Positions 58,393 to 64,000 of a stretch of 64,000 nt of DNA are shown piece after piece. The notes beneath the pieces are model-generated. The model had not been told where the DNA came from, did not search any database, and saw nothing but the letters and a program-made list of their open reading frames with translations. This stretch comes from Nitrospirota bacterium (GTDB lineage: Bacteria; Nitrospirota; Thermodesulfovibrionia; Thermodesulfovibrionales; Dissulfurispiraceae). The translations under genes and the position numbers were made by a program. The first letter of the stretch is position 1. Each line of letters opens with the position of its first letter. The stretch spans positions 736,001 to 800,000 of the forward strand of contig CAWBMP010000004.1 in NCBI GenBank assembly GCA_963790025.1, in the 5' to 3' direction.

Positions 58393-59559
58393 TTAGTGTG
58401 TAATTATTTTAGAATTTAATCTCATTAGCAGAAACCCGCAGACTAAAACAAATGCACTCAGAACAAACGGCAATGATGCGCCGACCTGGAAAAGAAGCCC
58501 TGCAAAAAGCGGCCCGCCTATAGTTGCGACTGACATTATAGAGGACATCACGCCCAGGACTTCGCCTCTTCTGTGACCGCCCGCCAATCCCGCAGTCCTG
58601 CTTGTCAGGACGACACGCAAAAGGGAATGGCTGAATGTATTCAGCAAGATTCCCGCGGCAAAAAAACAAATGGATGGAACCACAAGCAAAGAAAAACCGG
58701 CTGCATAAGAAAGAAATGTCCAAACTTCCAGTGTTGACTCTTTAAAATATCTGAGCCAGAATCCGCGCAACAAAAAAGTCTGGTTCAAGAATATAGCAAT
58801 CCCCATGCCGGTGTAAATTATTCCTACCAGAACGGAGTCAAATCCGAAAACTTTGCTCATGTATAGCGCAAATATTGATTGCATCGCGGAAAAAGCCGTA
58901 CCAAAGAAGGACCATGCGATATATCGGTTCCGCAGCAAATTATCACTCACCGCTGAAAACAGGGGACTTACCGGATTAAATTCGATCTTCCTCCCTTTAT
59001 CTATCTGCTTGTGCGATTCCGGCAGGAAAAGAAGCGCGCCGATCATGTTAAGTGCGGCCATTACACCCACAAAATAGAACGGCAGTGCACGAGAAACGGA
59101 GCTAAGCGCGGCCCCGATAGCGGGCCCTGTTATGAAGGCTATGCCAAAAACCGAGCCGATAATGCCAAGGTTGGTGGTGCGTTCTTTTTCATCTCTGGCA
59201 ATGTCCACCAAGTAGCTTTGTGCTATAGGCAGATTACCGGCAGCCATGCCGTCTATGATGCGCCCCAGGAACAAAACCCACATGACACGCGCTGAGGCGA
59301 AAACAAACCAACCGATAGCCGTACTCAATATGCTGACGATCAAAACCGGGCGTCTTCCGGCTTTGTCAGACAGTGCCCCAAGAAAAGGCGCACTGACAAA
59401 AGAGAAGAAGGAAAAAACGGAAAAAAGCATTGTAAGCGTAAGGGCCGATGCGCCAAAGCTTTCAACATAAAAAGGAAGCAGCGGGATTATAATTGCCATG
59501 CCAAGGACGTCGATAAACACCGTTAGGATTATAATGATTTTTTCTTTTGGTATTTTCAT
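58393..59559 (-). CDS. MFS transporter, TetA/DHA1-like
   Basis: GALSDKAGRRP motif A, GRIIDG, GPAIG, LPES; many TM segments; start uncertain. Confidence 0.88.
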   Translation of the reverse strand: MKIPKEKIIIILTVFIDVLGMAIIIPLLPFYVESFGASALTLTMLFSVFSFFSFVSAPFLGALSDKAGRRPVLIVSILSTAIGWFVFASARVMWVLFLGRIIDGMAAGNLPIAQSYLVDIARDEKERTTNLGIIGSVFGIAFITGPAIGAALSSVSRALPFYFVGVMAALNMIGALLFLPESHKQIDKGRKIEFNPVSPLFSAVSDNLLRNRYIAWSFFGTAFSAMQSIFALYMSKVFGFDSVLVGIIYTGMGIAIFLNQTFLLRGFWLRYFKESTLEVWTFLSYAAGFSLLVVPSICFFAAGILLNTFSHSLLRVVLTSRTAGLAGGHRRGEVLGVMSSIMSVATIGGPLFAGLLFQVGASLPFVLSAFVLVCGFLLMRLNSKIITH

Positions 59560-59690
59560 GGTTTCTAATACCATAACAAAGTTCCACGCGTTTAGCACCT
59601 GGTGAATGCCGCCGGGCTTATATCTGCAATAGTAGGCAGGAACAAAGTCTTGTGACAACTTTTGTCAAATGTAAACATTCCTTCCTTTTC

Positions 59691-59720
59691 TTGACACAAA
59701 ACGTCTTTTAGTGGTAGTTT
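59691..59720 (+). promoter_or_regulatory. sigma70-type promoter of ileS, probably leaderless
   Basis: TTGACA-18-TAGTTT with TGn extension, 7 nt before ATG 59728, no SD. Confidence 0.55.
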
Positions 59721-59727
59721 TTAGTCT

Positions 59728-62577
59728 ATGCCTATTGACTATAAAGATACTCTCAATTTACCACTGACAGGCTTCCCAATGAAGGCGAATCTCGGCCAGA
59801 AAGAGCCCGAGATGCTGAAATTCTGGGAAGAGAAATCCATCTACCTGAAGCTCCAGAAAAAGAATGCCCGAAACAAAAAATTTTTACTTCACGACGGTCC
59901 TCCATACGCCAACGGTAATATACACATAGGCCATGCACTGAACAAAATTCTCAAAGATATCATTGTCAAATACAAATCAATGCGGGGCTTTTATTCTCCC
60001 TATGTGCCGGGTTGGGACTGTCACGGCCTTCCCATCGAGCTTCAGGTGGACAAGACCCTCGGCGATAAGAAAAAGGACGCTGTTCAGGACGCGGGCACGC
60101 CGGGAGAAGTTATTGATGAACTGCTCAAGAAAAGACAGCTCTGCAGTGAATACGCAGCGAAGTTCGTCGCCATACAGAAAGAAGAGTTCAAAAGACTGGG
60201 CGTTTTCGGCGACTGGGATACGCCGTATCTTACAATGGCCTACGACTACGAGGCGTCTATAGTAAGAGAATTCTTCAAATTCGTCGAAAAGGGGCTGGTA
60301 TACAAAGGGAAAAAGCCCGTTCATTGGTGCCCCTCCTGTGTAACGGCCCTGGCAGAAGCTGAAGTGGAATACGCCGAAAAAGAATCACCTTCGGTCTTTG
60401 TGCGTTTTCGTGTCGTCGATGGAGATATCAGGAACACGTTACCGCAGTTATCGGGCACTAATGCATACATAGTGATCTGGACTACAACCCCCTGGACCCT
60501 TCCGGCTAACCTCGCTCTTGCTGTTCACCCCGATCTCACCTATGTTGCCGTCCGGGAAGGAGATGACGTCAGTATAGTAGCTGAGGAAAACCTTACGAAA
60601 CTTAAGGAAAAGGGCATTCTTAAAGGCGATGTTATTTTAAAAGTTCCAGGTAGCGCATTAGAGAGGATACGTGCTAAACACCCCTTTATCGACAGGGAAT
60701 CAAAAGTAATTCTCGGTGATTTCGTTACTGCGGAAGAAGGCAGCGGAATCGTCCATATCGCTCCAGGACATGGAGAGGATGACTACACTGCGGGCTTGAG
60801 ATACGGCCTCGATATTTACGCGCCTGTTGACGACAGGGGCAAGTTCACCAAACAGGTCCCGGAATTCGAGGGGCAATTCGTATTTAAGGCGAATGATGGG
60901 ATCATAGAGACTCTCAGGAAAAAAGGTGCACTTCTCGGAGTCGAGAAGATACGGCATTCCTACCCCCATTGCTGGAGATGTAAAAAACCTGTCATTTTCA
61001 GGGCAACGGCACAATGGTTCATATCAATGGAGAAGGGAGACTTAAGAAAGAAAAGCCTTGAAGAGATAGAGAAGACCGAATGGGTGCCTTCGTGGGGAAA
61101 AGACAGAATCTACGGTATGGTCTCCAACAGGCCGGACTGGTGCATTTCCAGGCAGCGGGCATGGGGAGTTCCCATAACTCTCATCACCTGCAATGAGTGT
61201 GGTGCGTTCGTTGAGGACAAAGGACTATTCGACAAAGTAACTGACCTTGTGGAAAAGAACGGCGCCGATATATGGTTTAAGGCGCCGGTTGAGGAGCTCC
61301 TTGGGGCGGGTTTCACCTGCACAAAATGCGGCAGCGCTTCCTTCAATAAAGAAAGGGACATTCTCGATGTCTGGTTCGACTCCGGGGTAAGCCATGCGGC
61401 AGTCCTCGAACGCGACAGCAGGCTCGCATGGCCGGCCCAGATGTACCTGGAGGGCAGCGACCAGCATCGCGGATGGTTCCAGAGCTCTCTGCTGGCATCA
61501 GTTGGAACAAGGGGCTCGGCCCCGTATCAAATTGTTTTGACCCATGGATTCACTGTTGACGGCCAGGGGAAAAAAATGTCGAAATCTCTGGGAAATGTCA
61601 TCGCGCCGCAGGAAATCATTAAAGCCAACGGCGCCGAGATTGTCCGCCTGTGGGTTTCTGCGGAAGACTACCATGATGACATACGGCTCTCAAAAGAAAT
61701 CATCAGCAGACTGACCGAGGCATACAGAAAGATCAGAAACACCGGCCGTTTCCTCCTCGGCACACTCCATGATTTTGACGGAAAGGATTACAGGGATAAT
61801 CTGCTCGAGATCGACAGGTGGGCACTGTCAAGATTGCAGGGACTCATAAAGAAAGTGACCTCGGCATACGAAACATTTGATTTCCACGAGGCGTTCCGCT
61901 CTCTATACCAGTTCTGTATAGTTGACATGAGTGCATTTTATCTGGACATATTGAAGGACCGTCTATATACATTCAAACCCGATTCTCCTGAGCGGCGGGC
62001 GGCACAATGGGTGCTTTACAATATCCTTGTCGACATGACACGCCTCATGGCCCCTGTGTTGTCATTTACCGCTGAAGAGATCTGGAGTTACATTCCTGCA
62101 AGACCGCCCAGCACTCAAATCACTCATGAGCAGCGTGTTGAGTGCTCGGTTTTTTTGTCCGGATTTCCCCTTGTCAATGATGAGTTCATTGATTTGGAAC
62201 TCGAAAAGAGATGGGACAAACTTATAGTAATAAGAAACGAAGCGAACAAGGCACTCGAGATAAAAAGGAAGGAAAAGTTCATCGGCAATGCGCTTGAAGC
62301 AAAGCTTGTACTTTATCCGCCTGAGGAATTTTACCGGCTCTTGCAGGATTACCGCGATTTTCTGCCCGCGCTCTTTATTGTTTCGGACGTAGAACTCCAG
62401 CCTTCAAAACTGCGCACACCCGACACCTCTGAAAGTACCGAAGTAAAAGACCTCTTCATCAAAGTCGAAAAGGCCCAGGGCGAGAAATGCGAGCGGTGCT
62501 GGAACCGGAGACTTACGGTAGGCAATTTCAAAGAGCATCCCCATATATGTGAACAGTGCTTTAATGCCATAACATGA
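59728..62577 (+). CDS. ileS: Isoleucyl-tRNA synthetase (type 1)
   Basis: PPYANGNIHIGH, GWDCHGLP, WCISRQR, KMSKS, C-terminal CERCW...CEQC Zn finger. Confidence 0.98.
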   Translation: MPIDYKDTLNLPLTGFPMKANLGQKEPEMLKFWEEKSIYLKLQKKNARNKKFLLHDGPPYANGNIHIGHALNKILKDIIVKYKSMRGFYSPYVPGWDCHGLPIELQVDKTLGDKKKDAVQDAGTPGEVIDELLKKRQLCSEYAAKFVAIQKEEFKRLGVFGDWDTPYLTMAYDYEASIVREFFKFVEKGLVYKGKKPVHWCPSCVTALAEAEVEYAEKESPSVFVRFRVVDGDIRNTLPQLSGTNAYIVIWTTTPWTLPANLALAVHPDLTYVAVREGDDVSIVAEENLTKLKEKGILKGDVILKVPGSALERIRAKHPFIDRESKVILGDFVTAEEGSGIVHIAPGHGEDDYTAGLRYGLDIYAPVDDRGKFTKQVPEFEGQFVFKANDGIIETLRKKGALLGVEKIRHSYPHCWRCKKPVIFRATAQWFISMEKGDLRKKSLEEIEKTEWVPSWGKDRIYGMVSNRPDWCISRQRAWGVPITLITCNECGAFVEDKGLFDKVTDLVEKNGADIWFKAPVEELLGAGFTCTKCGSASFNKERDILDVWFDSGVSHAAVLERDSRLAWPAQMYLEGSDQHRGWFQSSLLASVGTRGSAPYQIVLTHGFTVDGQGKKMSKSLGNVIAPQEIIKANGAEIVRLWVSAEDYHDDIRLSKEIISRLTEAYRKIRNTGRFLLGTLHDFDGKDYRDNLLEIDRWALSRLQGLIKKVTSAYETFDFHEAFRSLYQFCIVDMSAFYLDILKDRLYTFKPDSPERRAAQWVLYNILVDMTRLMAPVLSFTAEEIWSYIPARPPSTQITHEQRVECSVFLSGFPLVNDEFIDLELEKRWDKLIVIRNEANKALEIKRKEKFIGNALEAKLVLYPPEEFYRLLQDYRDFLPALFIVSDVELQPSKLRTPDTSESTEVKDLFIKVEKAQGEKCERCWNRRLTVGNFKEHPHICEQCFNAIT

Positions 62578-63035
62578 AGAAAAATATTGTTATCTATCTT
62601 CTTATTTCCCTCTTCATATTTGTCCTGGACCAGATCACAAAGTATTTTATAAAAGCTAATGTGGGTCTTTTTGACAGCATACCGGTAACATCTTTTTTCA
62701 ATATTGTTCACATCCGGAACACCGGCTCCGCCTTCGGGATGTTCAAGGGTCTCGGCAACTCTTTTTTTATTATTATCGCCCTATTGGCGATGGCATTAGT
62801 GACCTACCTCATTATCAAAGATAGCCGCAACAGGCTTCCATTCGCTCTCATTCTGGGCGGCGCCCTCGGAAATCTGGCTGATAGAATTATCTTCAGGCAT
62901 GTAACCGACTTCCTGGATTTTTATATCGGCAGCCACCACTGGCCGTCCTTTAATGTTGCCGATTCGGCGCTCACCATAGGCATTTCGCTGCTGTTCATTA
63001 CAATGATATTTGAAAAAAAAGCGGATAAAACATAA
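62574..63035 (+). CDS. lspA: Lipoprotein signal peptidase II
   Basis: DQITK, NTGSAFG, GGALGNLADR, VTDF, FNVADS. Confidence 0.97.
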   Translation: MKKNIVIYLLISLFIFVLDQITKYFIKANVGLFDSIPVTSFFNIVHIRNTGSAFGMFKGLGNSFFIIIALLAMALVTYLIIKDSRNRLPFALILGGALGNLADRIIFRHVTDFLDFYIGSHHWPSFNVADSALTIGISLLFITMIFEKKADKT

Positions 63036-63052
63036 AACCGAAGAAAGACCAA

Positions 63053-63233
63053 TAACCACAGCCAGCAGTAGGGGCCTTAAGCCGGACACAGAGAACACAG
63101 AGAAAGAAAAAAATAATAAAATAAAGGGACAGTTTGTTGCTCTGCATGTTTTGTGTGGTTTTGACTTTAATAATATTCAATTTTTCCTCTGTGTCTCTGT
63201 GATCAAACTTTTCTCTGTGTACTCAGTGGTTAA
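63053..63233. repeat. ACCACAGAG/CTCTGTGGT-family inverted repeat
   Basis: CACAGAGAACACAGAG ... CTCTGTGTCTCTGTG ... CTCTGTGTACTCAGTGGTTAA. Confidence 0.7.
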
Positions 63234-64000
63234 TTTTTGACAATGCCGGGCTTCGGGTCACGACGCTGGAATGTGTAGTTTCCATTGAAAAACTCATCCA
63301 CGTACCAGTTGATCTGTCCTTCATCGGAAAGAACCATGTCGAGCAGCCGCACCGCGCCAAGAAGCCTGCCGATCATATCCAGCTTCTCTTGTATCAATTC
63401 GCACTCATATTTCTTGATCTCTCCCCGTATCATGTCGCCCCTGATTTCGGTCTTCAGCCCGAGCCGCTTAAGTATGTTGGCGATGAGCTGCGCCCTTCTT
63501 GATCTACGCCCGATATCAGCAGCGCCACCCTTGAAAGAGAAGGTGATGTAGTTGTCATTGACCTTGGACCCGCAGTATGCGTCCACAACCGCGAAGTGGT
63601 AGCCGAGGCGCGAGTTGAAGTTCAGGTATTCGCCGGATATGATTACATAGGTGGGGCCGCCGAAGCTGCTGTCCACTGAAGGATCAGGGTTGTAGAGCAT
63701 GGAATTGGCGATAACCGACATCAACCCCCCCAGGTTGGTTTCGACCGGTCCGACCCATCGCACATCAGGGTGGGTCATCCCCCGGAGCAGACCCTGCAAA
63801 GGCGCCGAAACTATGTCATCGATTCCGGCCACGGTCTGTTTCTCCTTCATATTCAGACCACCTCCAAGATCCACAGCGAGCATATGCATCGGCAATGGGA
63901 CCTTAATCCGGACGGAAAACCCCTGGTCTACTTCAAGGACATCACTTATCCTGAACATCTCCCGCATGGCCATCTCGTGGGCAAAACGTATGACATCATG
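63230..64000 (-). CDS. C-terminal part of PEP-utilising enzyme (pyruvate, water dikinase-like family), truncated by window edge
   Basis: HDVIRFAHEMAMREMF, YLNFNSRLGYHF, NYITFSFKGGAAD..RR.RR, RLLDM. Confidence 0.75.
   Translation of the reverse strand, partial: HDVIRFAHEMAMREMFRISDVLEVDQGFSVRIKVPLPMHMLAVDLGGGLNMKEKQTVAGIDDIVSAPLQGLLRGMTHPDVRWVGPVETNLGGLMSVIANSMLYNPDPSVDSSFGGPTYVIISGEYLNFNSRLGYHFAVVDAYCGSKVNDNYITFSFKGGAADIGRRSRRAQLIANILKRLGLKTEIRGDMIRGEIKKYECELIQEKLDMIGRLLGAVRLLDMVLSDEGQINWYVDEFFNGNYTFQRRDPKPGIVKN

Noticed and set aside
59560..59727. T-box riboswitch upstream of ileS
   Set aside because: No T-box motif or terminator; the promoter motif lies immediately before the ATG
1..64000. 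rRNA/tRNA genes and Sec/Pyl recoding
   Set aside because: No RNA gene signatures seen; redox enzymes are full length without in-frame TGA/TAG at catalytic positions

Overview
Chromosomal window from an anaerobic bacterium. The housekeeping block (trmFO-xerC-hslVU-rlpA-argB, ileS-lspA) and repeat style suggest Nitrospirota/Thermodesulfovibrionia, but this is an impression from recall and not a computed phylogeny. The left half (1-32.3 kb) is a nearly complete methylmalonyl-CoA pathway cluster for propionate: two near-identical prpE copies, pccAB, bioB, a transcarboxylase-like operon (12S-like, ABM-fold protein, epsilon-like protein, 5S-biotin carrier fusion, gamma-carbonic anhydrase), meaB-scpA-mce, sucCD, sdhCAB and mdh. 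No fumarase is in the window. The cluster is organised as two divergent operon pairs. Each pair is centred on a copy of the same ~185-bp non-coding module with two ATGCA-N6-TGCAT palindromes, and four outward-facing sigma54 (-24 GG/-12 GC) promoter motifs flank the two modules. A toxin-antitoxin/RAYT-transposase hotspot lies between the converging operons (14.8-18.9 kb). A CODH/ACS (Wood-Ljungdahl carbonyl branch) gene set follows at 36.0-44.5 kb, then housekeeping and accessory genes. The window also has several MITE/REP-like elements, an IS200/IS605-type non-autonomous element and gene remnants (bioA, dtd, PIN toxin, ABM). No rRNA, tRNA or CRISPR array was seen.
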